Positions 19,598 through 30,143 are shown, numbered from the stretch's first letter. The stretch: 64,000 nucleotides of DNA from an uncultured delta proteobacterium (GCA_963787125.1 CAWBBV010000007.1:224001-288000); one strand, 5' to 3'. The notes: a model not told the origin generated them from the letters alone. Translations and numbers: made by a program.

Positions 19598-20341
19598 ATG
19601 CTTAACGGTAAAAAAATAGTTGTAGTGCTGCCCGCTTACAATGCTTCCAAAACACTGGAAAAGACCTACGGCGAGATCCCTTTCGAGTTTGTGGATGATG
19701 TGGTGCTGGTCGATGATGCCAGTCGTGACGATACGGCTGAAGTTGCCAGGAAGCTTGGCATCCACACAATCGTTCACGAAAAGAACAAAGGTTATGGCGG
19801 CAATCAGAAAACCTGCTACCAGACGGCTCTTGGTCTCGGAGCGGATATTGTTGTCATGCTCCACCCTGACTATCAATATACACCGCGGTTGATAACGGCG
19901 ATTGCGGCAATGATCGCTTATGGTGAGTTTGATGCGGTCCTCGCCTCCAGAATTCTTGGGGTCGGGGCGCTTAAAGGTGGGATGCCGCTCTACAAGTACA
20001 TTGCCAACCGCTTTTTGACGCTGTTTGAAAACATCCTTCTTGGTCATAAACTCTCCGAGTATCACAGCGGCTACCGCGCTTTTTCCGGAGAGGTTCTAAG
20101 GCGCTTGCCGCTTGCCGATAATTCCGATGATTTTGTCTTTGATAATCAGATGCTGGCGCAGGTTGTCTGGGCTGATTTCCGGATTGGCGAGGTAAGTTGC
20201 CCGACAAAATATTTTGCCGAAGCTTCTTCAATAAACTTCAGCCGGAGTGTGAAGTACGGTTTTGGTGTGCTGGGAACCGCACTGAAGTTCCGGTTGGCAA
20301 AGTTGGGGATTTTTTCCTCATCAATATTCAGATTTAAGTAA
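19598..20341 (+). CDS. GT2 glycosyltransferase (polyprenol-phosphate sugar transferase-like)
   Basis: VVLPAYN, VDDASRD, NKGYGG, HPDYQY. Confidence 0.85.
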   Translation: MLNGKKIVVVLPAYNASKTLEKTYGEIPFEFVDDVVLVDDASRDDTAEVARKLGIHTIVHEKNKGYGGNQKTCYQTALGLGADIVVMLHPDYQYTPRLITAIAAMIAYGEFDAVLASRILGVGALKGGMPLYKYIANRFLTLFENILLGHKLSEYHSGYRAFSGEVLRRLPLADNSDDFVFDNQMLAQVVWADFRIGEVSCPTKYFAEASSINFSRSVKYGFGVLGTALKFRLAKLGIFSSSIFRFK

Positions 20342-20352
20342 GAGGTGTTTTT

Positions 20353-20862
20353 ATGGTAGCTGAAGTGTTGATCCTCATGGGGAGTGATTCGGACCTCCCA
20401 GTCATGCAAGAAGCGGCGGCTGTGCTGAAGGAGTTCGGTATCGGTTTTGAGATGCATATCTCGTCGGCGCACAGATCTCCCCGGAAAACGGCTGAGTTGG
20501 CTTCAGGGGCAGCGGCGCGGGGCATCAAGGTTGTCATTGCCGGAGCAGGCATGGCTGCCCATCTTGCGGGGGTGGTGGCAGCAGAGACCGTGCTGCCGGT
20601 CATAGCTGTCCCTTTACCGGGCGGGGCACTAAATGGAGTTGATGCCCTTTATGCCATGGTGCAGATGCCGGGCGGGATCCCGGTCGCAACAATGGCCATC
20701 GGCAAGGCCGGGGCGAAAAATGCCGGACTTTTTGCGGTGCAGATTCTCTCAATAGCAACTCCGGATCTTGGGAACAAACTGCTGGAGCACCGGGTGAGGA
20801 TGGCAGCGGAAGTGGCAGAAAAAGACGCTGCTCTGCAAGCCAGTCTGCAGGCTGCGGGCTGA
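20353..20862 (+). CDS. purE: N5-CAIR mutase
   Basis: MGSDSD, SAHRSP, AGMAAHL, VQMPGGIPVAT. Confidence 0.97.
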   Translation: MVAEVLILMGSDSDLPVMQEAAAVLKEFGIGFEMHISSAHRSPRKTAELASGAAARGIKVVIAGAGMAAHLAGVVAAETVLPVIAVPLPGGALNGVDALYAMVQMPGGIPVATMAIGKAGAKNAGLFAVQILSIATPDLGNKLLEHRVRMAAEVAEKDAALQASLQAAG

Positions 20863-20936
20863 CTTTTTGCTTGACTTGACTTTGGTAATGAATTAGATTT
20901 TCACAACGTTAATCAAAAAGGATTAGGAGAAAACTG

Positions 20937-21194
20937 ATGAAAAAAATTATTGCAGCATTTTTTCTTGTAGCGTTTGCAGGGACAGCATTTGCCGCAGATG
21001 TGATCGAAATGAAAAGAAACGTAAAATTCAACCACAAAGCTCACCAGGCAACTGTCGGTGACTGCAAGAAGTGTCACGAGAAAGGCCCGGGCAAGATTGA
21101 AGGTTTTGGCAAGGACTTTGCCCATAAGGTCTGCAAAGGTTGCCATGCTGACCTGAAGAAAGGGCCTACTGCTTGCAAAGAGTGCCACAAGTAA
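20937..21194 (+). CDS. ppcA: Periplasmic triheme cytochrome c7
   Basis: Signal peptide, VKFNHKAH, CKKCH/CKGCH/CKECH, GKIEGFGK; located between purE and resB. Confidence 0.92.
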   Translation: MKKIIAAFFLVAFAGTAFAADVIEMKRNVKFNHKAHQATVGDCKKCHEKGPGKIEGFGKDFAHKVCKGCHADLKKGPTACKECHK

Positions 21195-21216
21195 TCAGTT
21201 CCTAAAGCTATTTAAT

Positions 21217-21253
21217 AAAAAAGGGGTGACGGATTGACCGTCACCCCTTTTTT
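21217..21253 (+). terminator. Intrinsic (possibly bidirectional) terminator after ppcA
   Basis: AAAAAAGGGGTGACGG-ATTGA-CCGTCACCCCTTTTTT. Confidence 0.9.
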
Positions 21254-21359
21254 ATATACAGATAATAGAACGATAAATAGAAAAACTACTTTTTTTGAAA
21301 TCTCTTTTTATATATAATAAAAAACTTGAATAAAAACCAACCCCGATCAGGAGTCTGTC

Positions 21360-22709
21360 TTGTCAACGAACAAACCAAGCTTTATCGAGTCAGTCTGGGA
21401 TTTTTTCTGCTCCCTTAAACTCTCTATCTCCCTGCTCATAGCTCTTGCGCTAACATCAATCATCGGCACTATCGTGCCCCAGGGGAATATCCCCCCTGAG
21501 TATCTCCAGAAAATAAGTGAGGCCAAGTTCAAACTCTACCAGAGTCTCAGTTTCTTCGATATGTACCACTCCTGGTGGTTCATGCTCCTTCTTTACCTGC
21601 TGACGGTAAACCTTGTCTGCTGTTCCATAAAACGTCTCCCACGTGTCTGGAAAATTGTTTCCGAGCCTGTGCTTGTCATGGATGAGCGCTTCGAAAAATC
21701 TCTCTCCCTGACCCACGAAGTCAAGGTGTCAGGTGATGCTGTTGCCAAGATGCAGGCTTTCCTTCAAGGAATCATGGGTAAGCCGGTCGTCACAGAAAAG
21801 GATGGGGTAACTTATCTCTTTGCGCAGAAAACCCCATGGTGCCGTCTCGGGGTTTATGTTGTTCACCTGAGCATAATAATCATTTTTATCGGCGCCCTGA
21901 TCGGCTCTTTTTTCGGCTATAAAGCTTTTGTCAATATTGTCGAAGGGACAAGTGTTGATACTGTCTTTACGCAGAAAGAAAAGGAGATCAAGCTTGGCTT
22001 TGGGGTAAAATGTGAAAGTTTCGCCGTCACCTATTACAATACCGGTGCGCCGAAAGAATTCAAGAGCATCCTGACTATTCTTGAGAACGGGCAACCGGTA
22101 AAGGGGTATGATAAGATTCCCGTAATCGTGAACGATCCGCTTTCCTACAAGGGGATTACTTTCTACCAGTCAAGTTATGGTCAGGCAGGCGATGGTGCGG
22201 CTTACCACTTTAATGTGGCTCGCAGGGGGGGCGGTGAGACCGTCCATCTTGACCTCAAAAAAGGCGAAGAAGTTACTCTTGGCGGTGGCATAAAACTTCA
22301 AGTGCTTGAATCTACACAGGATGTCAGGCAATACATGCCGGAATTCTCCGGCCCTGCCGCAAAAGTACAACTGACAATGCCGGGCAAGAAGTCCGAAGCA
22401 TTCATAGTTTTCAAGAATCATCCTGAAATTGAAGAACAGCGAAAAGGTGAACTTGTCCTCCAGTATGCCGGCGCTGATGAGAAGCTGTATACCGGTCTGC
22501 AAGTTGCCAAAGATCCCGGAGTAGAGATCGTCTGGTTTGGCTGCACTCTGATGACCATCGGCATCTATATGGCGTTTTTCCTTTCCCATAATCGCCTCTG
22601 GATCAGGATCTCAGGCGGTCGCGCTGTTATGGGTGGTTCTGCCAGCAAGAATCCTGCTGCCTTTGAAACAAAGTTCGAACAGTATGTTGAGAAGCTGAAA
22701 CAGATTTAA
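21360..22709 (+). CDS. resB: Cytochrome c biogenesis protein ResB/CcsB (system II)
   Basis: SIIGTIVPQ, DMYHSWWF, HLSIIII, VNDPL, YQSSY, TGLQVAKDPG. Confidence 0.93.
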   Translation: MSTNKPSFIESVWDFFCSLKLSISLLIALALTSIIGTIVPQGNIPPEYLQKISEAKFKLYQSLSFFDMYHSWWFMLLLYLLTVNLVCCSIKRLPRVWKIVSEPVLVMDERFEKSLSLTHEVKVSGDAVAKMQAFLQGIMGKPVVTEKDGVTYLFAQKTPWCRLGVYVVHLSIIIIFIGALIGSFFGYKAFVNIVEGTSVDTVFTQKEKEIKLGFGVKCESFAVTYYNTGAPKEFKSILTILENGQPVKGYDKIPVIVNDPLSYKGITFYQSSYGQAGDGAAYHFNVARRGGGETVHLDLKKGEEVTLGGGIKLQVLESTQDVRQYMPEFSGPAAKVQLTMPGKKSEAFIVFKNHPEIEEQRKGELVLQYAGADEKLYTGLQVAKDPGVEIVWFGCTLMTIGIYMAFFLSHNRLWIRISGGRAVMGGSASKNPAAFETKFEQYVEKLKQI

Positions 22710-22767
22710 AAAACTGTAGAGACGCAGGGTGTTATGTCCCTGCCTAAAATTTTGAGGAGATTACAAA

Positions 22768-23628
22768 ATGACGAGTTCGCTCATGTTTAACATTACAACA
22801 ATTCTTTTCCTTGTATCGACACTGCTCTTTTTTGTCTTTCTTGTGTCGAGAAACAGCAGCATTGGCCTTGGTGCCAGTCTCGCTGCCTTTGTCGGCTGGG
22901 GTGTTGAAACAGTCGCCATTATACTGCGCTGGAAAGAGTCCTATGACATGGGCCATGGCCATGCGCCGCTTTCAAACCTGTATGAATCAGTGGTCTTCTT
23001 CGCCTGGACGATCATTTTGATCTACGGAATCATCGAAATGAAGTATAAGTATCGCGTTGTCGGTGCTTTTGTCCTTCCTTTTGCGCTGCTCGGTATGGCC
23101 TGGGCACAGCTTGGACTTCATAGCGGTATTGAGCCGCTTGTGCCGGCGTTGCAGAGTAACTGGCTCCTGTATCACGTCATCACTTGCTTCCTCGGTTATG
23201 CAGCCTTTGCGGTTGCCTGCGGCATTTCGATCATGTACCTGATAAAAGCAAAAGCTGAAGGTGACACCGCCACAACTGTTGCCGCCGGGAGTGTCATCGG
23301 CATGTTCCCGTCAATCCGCATTCTTGACGACCTCAACTACAAGGCGATCATGATAGGCTTTCCGCTCTTGACTCTAGGTATTGTCACCGGTGCTGCCTGG
23401 GCAAACTACGCCTGGGGAACATACTGGAGCTGGGATCCTAAAGAGACCTGGTCGCTTATCGTCTGGTTTGTCTATGCGGCTTTTCTTCATGCCCGTATTA
23501 CACGCGGCTGGGTTGGCAAGCGTGCCGCCTGGCTTTCGATCATCGGCTTTGCCGCGACGATCTTTTGCTATCTGGGCGTAAACCTCTTTCTTTCCGGTCT
23601 CCACAGCTACGGCGGCGGCATGAAGTAG
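22768..23628 (+). CDS. resC: Cytochrome c biogenesis protein ResC/CcsA
   Basis: WWD domain WANYAWGTYWSWDPKETW, GLHSYG. Confidence 0.95.
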   Translation: MTSSLMFNITTILFLVSTLLFFVFLVSRNSSIGLGASLAAFVGWGVETVAIILRWKESYDMGHGHAPLSNLYESVVFFAWTIILIYGIIEMKYKYRVVGAFVLPFALLGMAWAQLGLHSGIEPLVPALQSNWLLYHVITCFLGYAAFAVACGISIMYLIKAKAEGDTATTVAAGSVIGMFPSIRILDDLNYKAIMIGFPLLTLGIVTGAAWANYAWGTYWSWDPKETWSLIVWFVYAAFLHARITRGWVGKRAAWLSIIGFAATIFCYLGVNLFLSGLHSYGGGMK

Positions 23629-23632
23629 TGAC

Positions 23633-24670
23633 TTGATTCAAGAGGCCTTATTCCGGATGCAAACCACTGGCTCTTTTTTACCAAAACTGATCTTCGGGGG
23701 AGGTGTTCTCCTCCCCCTTCTTCTCATCACTATGCCTGCGACTGCTGCTGTACAGCTTATCTACCCGGAACCGTCCAGTTTTGTTACTCAATCCCGTCAT
23801 CTTATTCTTAAGCTCAACACTGTTGATGTCACTACCGTTGTGGTCACAGTCAATGAGGTCGTCACCGACCCATTGGCGGTTGGGGCGGCCGAGTACAAGC
23901 GCGCTTTCAGAGATTTTCTGATTCTGCAGCCGCTCTGGGACAAAGGGAAAAATCAGCTGACAGTAGATATCTTTGTTGGCGAGAAAAAAATTGAGAGCTT
24001 CAAGGCCGAGATATACTATGCACCGTTTACTGCCGGCAGTGATATTCCGAAGGAGTTCAAGCCGACTTCACTGCATCGGCCGGCGACTGAAGATTTCTGC
24101 ATCCCCTGTCACAACATGAGGCCTACGGCAAAGCAGGTAACAGATGTCCCGGATAAAGACAATGCTTGTTACACCTGTCATAAACGAATGGGTAATCAAA
24201 AATTCGTACACGGCCCCGTGAGCACATACTCCTGTGTTCCTTGCCATCCTCTCCAGTCTACCCCAAAATATGCTGTAGTTAACCGGGAGCCAAAGCTCTG
24301 TTTTGACTGCCATGCTGAAAAACAGAAGGAGTTTAAGGGGTTCAAGGTTGTTCATGGGCCTGTTGCTGCCGACATGTGTGAGATTTGCCATGACCCTCAC
24401 TACAGTGACTATTCAGATCAGCTGCGCCAGCCGATCAACAAGCTTTGTCTCTCCTGTCATGAGTCGATTGATAAAGGTATTCATGTTCTGGCGCTGGGTG
24501 ATGGCACCGGGCACCCCATCACTGAAAAAACTGACCCCTCTGATCGCGGCAAAGGTCGTGAACTTTCCTGTATCTCCTGCCACGACCCTCATGGCGGGAA
24601 GGGCCGTTATTACTTTGTCACCGGAAGTGATAGCAAAATGGATCTTTGTCAGATGTGCCACAAGAAGTAG
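23633..24670 (+). CDS. Multiheme cytochrome c (8 CxxCH)
   Basis: CIPCH, CYTCH, CVPCH, CFDCH, CEICH, CLSCH, CISCH, CQMCH; N-terminal hydrophobic segment; start uncertain. Confidence 0.9.
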   Translation: MIQEALFRMQTTGSFLPKLIFGGGVLLPLLLITMPATAAVQLIYPEPSSFVTQSRHLILKLNTVDVTTVVVTVNEVVTDPLAVGAAEYKRAFRDFLILQPLWDKGKNQLTVDIFVGEKKIESFKAEIYYAPFTAGSDIPKEFKPTSLHRPATEDFCIPCHNMRPTAKQVTDVPDKDNACYTCHKRMGNQKFVHGPVSTYSCVPCHPLQSTPKYAVVNREPKLCFDCHAEKQKEFKGFKVVHGPVAADMCEICHDPHYSDYSDQLRQPINKLCLSCHESIDKGIHVLALGDGTGHPITEKTDPSDRGKGRELSCISCHDPHGGKGRYYFVTGSDSKMDLCQMCHKK

Positions 24671-24711
24671 ACGACAATTTTTGAGCTGGATTCTAAATGG
24701 AGGTATTGTAA

Positions 24712-25803
24712 ATGAAACTCAATTTTCTCAAAAGTCTTGTAATGTGCATCACTGTCACCGGCTTTCTTCTGAGTGGTTGCGCCACTAACCAGCCACAATC
24801 ATCAAGGCGCTACGTTTGGCCACGGCCACCTGATGAGCCGAAAATAGAATGGATAAAATCCTATTACGGCCAGAACGATTTCCCTAAAAGTGGTTTTTCC
24901 GTGTTTCTCGAAACACTTTTCGGCGGAGAGGAAGGGCATATCTTTGAAAAACCTATTGATGTTAAATCGAACGGTAAAGGGGTGGTATATGTAACTGATG
25001 TGGCCATCCCGGGGATCTTCCGCTTTGATTTGCTGAATCAAAAGGTAGATTTATGGGAACGTGGTTCAGACCCTGACACAACTCTTGCCCTGGTCCCGTA
25101 CTTTATCGCCCTGGACGACAAAGATAACGTTTATGCTGTCGGCAGTGGCAGCACTAATATTTATGTAGTGGACAGTAACGGCACCTTTCTCAGGAAAATT
25201 GATTTTAAGGGGAAGGTGAAATCTGCAGGCGGGATCCTTGTTGATAGTGAAAAAAAGCGGATTTTTCTGGTAGATAACGTTGAATCCAAAGTAGCCATAT
25301 TTGATCTTGATGGCAAATATATCTCCTCCTTTGGCAAGAAGGGTGAAGATAAAGGCGAATTCAACCGGCCCTCACCAATCGTGATGAACCGTCTGGGCGA
25401 GATAATCATTGGTGATGTAATGAATGGGAGGATTCAGATCTTTGACCGCGAGGGAAAATTCTTGCGAATGTTTGGCCAAAGAGGTGATGGCAGTGCGGAT
25501 TTTCAGGTCATGAAAGGGGTTGCTGTTGATACGGACAATAATGTCTACGTCACTGATGGCAAGGCCAACCAGATAAAGATATTCAGCAAGACAGGTGATT
25601 ACCTGATGAGTTTCGGCACCGCCTACTCGGTTACCAAAACCATGAAAGAGTCTCCGGGCGGATTTCTTCTCCCCCAGGGTATTTTTATTGATGGTAGCGA
25701 TACGATTTATGTTGCTGACCAGGCCAATATGCGTTTTCAGGTTTTTAAATATCTGAAAGGTGAAGTAAAGAAAGATGCTGGTCAGCTAAAGGGTGGTAAG
25801 TAG
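24712..25803 (+). CDS. NHL-repeat beta-propeller lipoprotein
   Basis: Lipobox LSGC, WPRPPDEPKI, repeated P.GIAVD..D.VYV.D / RIQIFD..GK..FG. Confidence 0.88.
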   Translation: MKLNFLKSLVMCITVTGFLLSGCATNQPQSSRRYVWPRPPDEPKIEWIKSYYGQNDFPKSGFSVFLETLFGGEEGHIFEKPIDVKSNGKGVVYVTDVAIPGIFRFDLLNQKVDLWERGSDPDTTLALVPYFIALDDKDNVYAVGSGSTNIYVVDSNGTFLRKIDFKGKVKSAGGILVDSEKKRIFLVDNVESKVAIFDLDGKYISSFGKKGEDKGEFNRPSPIVMNRLGEIIIGDVMNGRIQIFDREGKFLRMFGQRGDGSADFQVMKGVAVDTDNNVYVTDGKANQIKIFSKTGDYLMSFGTAYSVTKTMKESPGGFLLPQGIFIDGSDTIYVADQANMRFQVFKYLKGEVKKDAGQLKGGK

Positions 25804-25980
25804 GAGTGCAGGTATTGTGTGGGCGATGCCGTTATTTGACAGCTGTGATGCCGTGTATTAGCGAACATTGAAACTTCGTTCTACTGGTTATTAGGCTGTG
25901 GCTCAGCTGAACTCTGACAAGGCGTCCGGCTTGGGCTTGAATAGGGCCTCTGCTGAGTTTATGAATGTTGCCGGCAAAAT

Positions 25981-25996
25981 TGGCACAGTAGCTGCT
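25981..25996 (+). promoter_or_regulatory. Sigma54 -24/-12 promoter upstream of the omcE-like gene
   Basis: TGGCACAGTAGCTGCT, GG-N10-GC spacing. Confidence 0.65.
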
Positions 25997-26063
25997 AGAA
26001 TATCTATAATTAATATTACTAACTATCCTGCCTGGCAGGAAAATCACAAAAAGGAGAATGTAT

Positions 26064-26846
26064 ATGAAAAAAGTATTAGCACTTGTAGCAGCAGCTGGCA
26101 TTATGTCAGTCGCCACACTGGCATCAGCTACAACAATCGTTGGCAGCCCACATGATATGACACTCAGGGGTGCAACAGGCAGTACACAGATCTGCGTTTA
26201 CTGTCACGCACCGCACAACGCGATTCAGTCACTGCCACTCTGGAACCGTATCAACCCAGCAGGCTCCGCATTTACCCTTTATTCAGGCCTTAACATGTCG
26301 AACGTTTCTTTCAAGTCCGGTTTCACTGCAGATAGTACCTCCCTGTTTTGCATGAGTTGTCACGACGGTCAGACCAGTATCAGCGCCATTCACAACGCCG
26401 GCAGAGTCGACGGTGGAACTGTTCAGGGTAACGCTACCCACATCAACACCGGCGCATTTTCTAACGGCCCGATAGCAAACAGCACCAATATTGCCGGTAA
26501 TCTTACTCGCGATCTTTCTAAAACTCACCCGATCAACTTCCCGGTAGTTTCCAACGCAACAGGCGACCTGAACACACCAAGTCTGACAAGCGGCACCATG
26601 GGTCCTATGAATGCTACTACTGCTGGTACAGCTATGATGCTTGGCATATCAGGTACAGAGCCCACAGCAATTACTGCTACTTTCCCGCTCTTCAAAACAA
26701 CAGACCCTCTTAACCCACTTCGTGCCACTGTGAATCGTTCGCTTGAGTGCGGCAGCTGTCACGCTGTTCACGACTACAAGTTTGTTCCGTTCCTGCGTAC
26801 AACTCTTGGTGGTTCTGCACTCTGCCTCGGTTGCCACAACAAGTAA
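26064..26846 (+). CDS. omcE: Extracellular tetraheme cytochrome c, OmcE-like
   Basis: Signal peptide, IVGSPHD, CVYCH/CMSCH/CGSCH/CLGCH, PLWNR, HPI; ppcA-resBC-cytochrome-NHL context as I recall it for the G. sulfurreducens omcE locus. Confidence 0.78.
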   Translation: MKKVLALVAAAGIMSVATLASATTIVGSPHDMTLRGATGSTQICVYCHAPHNAIQSLPLWNRINPAGSAFTLYSGLNMSNVSFKSGFTADSTSLFCMSCHDGQTSISAIHNAGRVDGGTVQGNATHINTGAFSNGPIANSTNIAGNLTRDLSKTHPINFPVVSNATGDLNTPSLTSGTMGPMNATTAGTAMMLGISGTEPTAITATFPLFKTTDPLNPLRATVNRSLECGSCHAVHDYKFVPFLRTTLGGSALCLGCHNK

Positions 26847-26875
26847 GACTAGTTTTTACAGGCAGTAACGTATAA

Positions 26876-26905
26876 GGACGGGAGAGGGCGACCTCTCCCG
26901 TTCCT
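26876..26905 (+). terminator. Hairpin after the omcE-like gene
   Basis: ACGGGAGAGG-GCGA-CCTCTCCCGT; poor U tract. Confidence 0.55.
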
Positions 26906-27074
26906 GCGTCTAAAACCCCTTCATAATATGCCATCATGCTGGCCATATAACTACTCCCAGCTGCTAATTAGCGCAAAATTTGAACAGCTGCTCCTAATGA
27001 TCATAAATAAATCTGTTTAAGCCGAAATATCAGCAGGTTACGCCAATAGCTGCGACTGCTTTGCCGGCGCTGCA

Positions 27075-27090
27075 AGGCACGCTAATTGCA
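27075..27090 (+). promoter_or_regulatory. Sigma54 -24/-12 promoter upstream of the beta-barrel gene
   Basis: AGGCACGCTAATTGCA, GG-N10-GC spacing. Confidence 0.65.
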
Positions 27091-27132
27091 CTAATGAGAG
27101 AAGCGGTTTATATCTGCTCCGGATGTGACTTT

Positions 27133-29292
27133 GTGAAAAAGGGATTTACCGACATATCAGTTTACCTCTGCCTGCTGCTTGCTGCGCTGCTTTATGGTGA
27201 GGCAGAGGCAAGAACCTATCTGTCCGGGATGGCGGAGCTTAATTACGTAAAGTACGATGCCAAGCAGTCCGGTGCTGATCCGCTTACCGGTCAAGATGTG
27301 GAAAAGAAATTCTCCGGCAATTCTCTCGCCCAGACATACTCAGTTACCTGGTCAGCCTCCAACTATCTTTATGCAACTCAGCCAAAATATTACGATGTCT
27401 CCCTGGGGTACGACTGGCTTACATACAATACAAAAACATCAGACGGGACCGAAAATAGTACCTTTAAGGACACCTTTGGCAAGTTCCGCTACAACGGCAA
27501 ATTTGGTCTGAATCCTGCTGATCTCCCCATCAACTTTAGCGCCTATGCTTATGATGCACATACGCTCTCTTTTTCCAGGAATCTGGGTGGGCAAGCTATT
27601 ATGGATAGTTTCCTTACGACTGAGATTGCCGGAAAGTTTGTTAGCGAAGGTTATGGCTTCACGTTCAATTTTGAACCGGAAAGAGCAAGAAAAGATTCTT
27701 TCCGTGGCCTGCCCCGCTTATACCTGGTTTACAACGACACTTCCAATAGATCAATCGTCAGCACTTATAATGTTGATAACAGGACAAAGGAGCTTGCAGT
27801 TGCCGGCCTTAACCAGGGAAATAACTGGATTAATTACAAAAGTACAAGTTATGAGGATAATCTTAACAGCCAAAATAATTACGTTAATCAAGAATTTCAA
27901 ATAGGGCATATTGATCAGATGGGGCGCCGGCTCTGGTCTCCGTTAGTAAACTGGATTGAAGTTTCCGCAGATGGAAAATTCAGCAACAAGAGAACCCCTG
28001 CCGGAGATACCGACAGCTATGATGTTAATTTCATGGCAATCGCTGACAGGCGTGCATGGACAGTCAGAACATTCATGAACTATAACCGGATAACTTCCAT
28101 GACAGCGCTCGAAAATAGTCAGACTGAAAACACCAAAGTTCCTATTTATATCAAAGGTATCTACGGTAGAGATACCAACTGGTTTTTGACCCTTTCCGCC
28201 GAGAACGGCAAGCAGACTCTTTATAATGCCGCCAGAAATGAAACCACGTATTCTAACCGGGTAGCGCTTGGAGCAACAACCTTTACACAGTCAAAGTTCA
28301 CACTTTCACCTTCAGCAGCTGTTGCTATCACCAAAGGTTTCGGTGGATTCGATTCTTTGACCTTGGACGGAGCCCTGGAGACAAACAGCACTGCAAGGTT
28401 CAGTAACAAACTCGGACTGGCCGCAAGGCTAAGTCTGCACTATCTGGATGACGGCACGAACTCCTTGACCAGTAAGAGTTGGGTAAATATTCTTAAACTT
28501 AAAGCTAACTATAATCCTGATACAAAGCTGGCTTACAGCTTTACAGAAGAGTTGACCTCCGGCAATGAAACTCCGGCCGTGGCGATCCTGAATTACCCGG
28601 GAAATGAGAACTATTTTAAATCATCCACGTCAGCATCTGCAACCTGGACACCTAACGCCGAATTTACTACATCCATGGATGCTACCTACGATATACGTTT
28701 AAACGAGAACCGTTCTGGTACGAATTATACCCATTTGGCGTGGAGAGCTTCATACGTTCGGGAAAAAATCAAATATCTGCTGGATGCAAGTTTGGATCAG
28801 AAGTCTGATGGTTATGTTGGCTTTAATCAAGTCATCAAAGGCTTTGCAGAAGCAGAGTACAGACCTGACAGGTATAATGACGGGAGTATCCGCTTAAATT
28901 ACACTAGAACAGAAACAGATGTTGGTCTCATCTCGCAAATAGATGTGCTCGAAAAATACAGCTACAATTTCTTCACCAGAAAAGGGGTGATAAGGAATCT
29001 TGCCACAATCTCGCAGGAGTTTTCCTATCTAGGTACGGAGAGTGAAAGCCGGAAGCAATATAGCTATTATTCGACGATTTCCGGACGCTACTCTCCGACA
29101 TCAAGGCTTTCGCTATCGGGTTATGTCAAATACGTGAACGGAAATGGTGGCAAGTCGACAGTTTATTATAACGTCGGCGTGAATAATGACTTCAAACTGC
29201 TCACCTCTTCACTAGATTATACATATGCTAAAAGGGAAGCTGATAACAGGATTGAAAAGCGGCTTAACGCCACAGTCAGAAGAACTTTCTAA
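27133..29292 (+). CDS. Outer-membrane beta-barrel protein
   Basis: Signal peptide ending AEA, Y/N/S/T-rich alternating strands, C-terminal Phe (ATVRRTF); start moved to GTG 27133, downstream of the sigma54 site. Confidence 0.75.
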   Translation: MKKGFTDISVYLCLLLAALLYGEAEARTYLSGMAELNYVKYDAKQSGADPLTGQDVEKKFSGNSLAQTYSVTWSASNYLYATQPKYYDVSLGYDWLTYNTKTSDGTENSTFKDTFGKFRYNGKFGLNPADLPINFSAYAYDAHTLSFSRNLGGQAIMDSFLTTEIAGKFVSEGYGFTFNFEPERARKDSFRGLPRLYLVYNDTSNRSIVSTYNVDNRTKELAVAGLNQGNNWINYKSTSYEDNLNSQNNYVNQEFQIGHIDQMGRRLWSPLVNWIEVSADGKFSNKRTPAGDTDSYDVNFMAIADRRAWTVRTFMNYNRITSMTALENSQTENTKVPIYIKGIYGRDTNWFLTLSAENGKQTLYNAARNETTYSNRVALGATTFTQSKFTLSPSAAVAITKGFGGFDSLTLDGALETNSTARFSNKLGLAARLSLHYLDDGTNSLTSKSWVNILKLKANYNPDTKLAYSFTEELTSGNETPAVAILNYPGNENYFKSSTSASATWTPNAEFTTSMDATYDIRLNENRSGTNYTHLAWRASYVREKIKYLLDASLDQKSDGYVGFNQVIKGFAEAEYRPDRYNDGSIRLNYTRTETDVGLISQIDVLEKYSYNFFTRKGVIRNLATISQEFSYLGTESESRKQYSYYSTISGRYSPTSRLSLSGYVKYVNGNGGKSTVYYNVGVNNDFKLLTSSLDYTYAKREADNRIEKRLNATVRRTF

Positions 29293-29330
29293 GCTTTACA
29301 ACTACAGTCATTCTCAAGTATTATCCTCAA

Positions 29331-30143
29331 ATGAACTACCTCCGGATATTTGTACTTTTCTTAAAAGACCTCTTCCTGCGTCGCAACATGATTATCGAAC
29401 TGGCGAAGCAGGACTTCCGCAGTAAGTACCTCGGCTCTTATCTTGGCATTCTTTGGGCGTTCATTCATCCGACAATCTATGTGTCAATTCTGTGGGTAGT
29501 GTTTCAGGTCGGTTTCAAGTCTCAACCGGCCGGAGATGTGCCATTTGTGCTCTGGATGCTTTGCGGCATAATTCCCTGGTTTTTCTTCAGTGAATCTCTC
29601 AACAGTGCCACAAGCTCAATTCTCGACAACTCATTTTTGTTAAAGAAAGTCAATTTTAGCGTTGGGATGCTGCCGATCGTCAAGATACTTTCTGCGCTTG
29701 TCCTGCATGCCTTTTTCATTCTGGTTATTTTTAGCATGTTTCTTATCTACCGAACTCCGGTTACGCTGCACTGTCTCCAGGTTTTCTATTATCTTTTCTG
29801 CACCATAATCCTTTTGTTAGGTCTTTCCTGGTTGACATCGTCAGTTATAATATTCTTTCGTGACATGGGCCAGATAGTCAATATGGTTCTCCAATTCCTC
29901 TTCTGGATGACCCCCATCTTCTGGTCTGCCAAGATACTCCCCCCTAAATATCTCAACATGGTCAAGCTTAATCCCGTCTATTATATCGTTGAAGGTTATC
30001 GGGAAAGCTTTATCTATCATGTCTGGTTCTGGAACGGTCATTATGAGCTTACTGCTTACTTCTGGCTGGTGACCGGAGCCATATTCGTCAGTGGTGCAGT
30101 TGTTTTCAGAAGGCTCAGACCACACTTCGCAGATGTGCTCTAG
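29331..30143 (+). CDS. wzm: Polysaccharide ABC exporter permease
   Basis: FRSKYLGSYLGILW, PWFFF, FRD..Q, TPIFW, LNP..YIVEGYR, HFADVL. Confidence 0.9.
   Translation: MNYLRIFVLFLKDLFLRRNMIIELAKQDFRSKYLGSYLGILWAFIHPTIYVSILWVVFQVGFKSQPAGDVPFVLWMLCGIIPWFFFSESLNSATSSILDNSFLLKKVNFSVGMLPIVKILSALVLHAFFILVIFSMFLIYRTPVTLHCLQVFYYLFCTIILLLGLSWLTSSVIIFFRDMGQIVNMVLQFLFWMTPIFWSAKILPPKYLNMVKLNPVYYIVEGYRESFIYHVWFWNGHYELTAYFWLVTGAIFVSGAVVFRRLRPHFADVL

Noticed and set aside
25805..26060. Cyclic dinucleotide (GEMM-I) riboswitch upstream of the cytochrome genes (also checked 61450-61800)
   Set aside because: I could not find the characteristic GAAA-tetraloop/CGCAAAGC core by eye; an Infernal search would be decisive.
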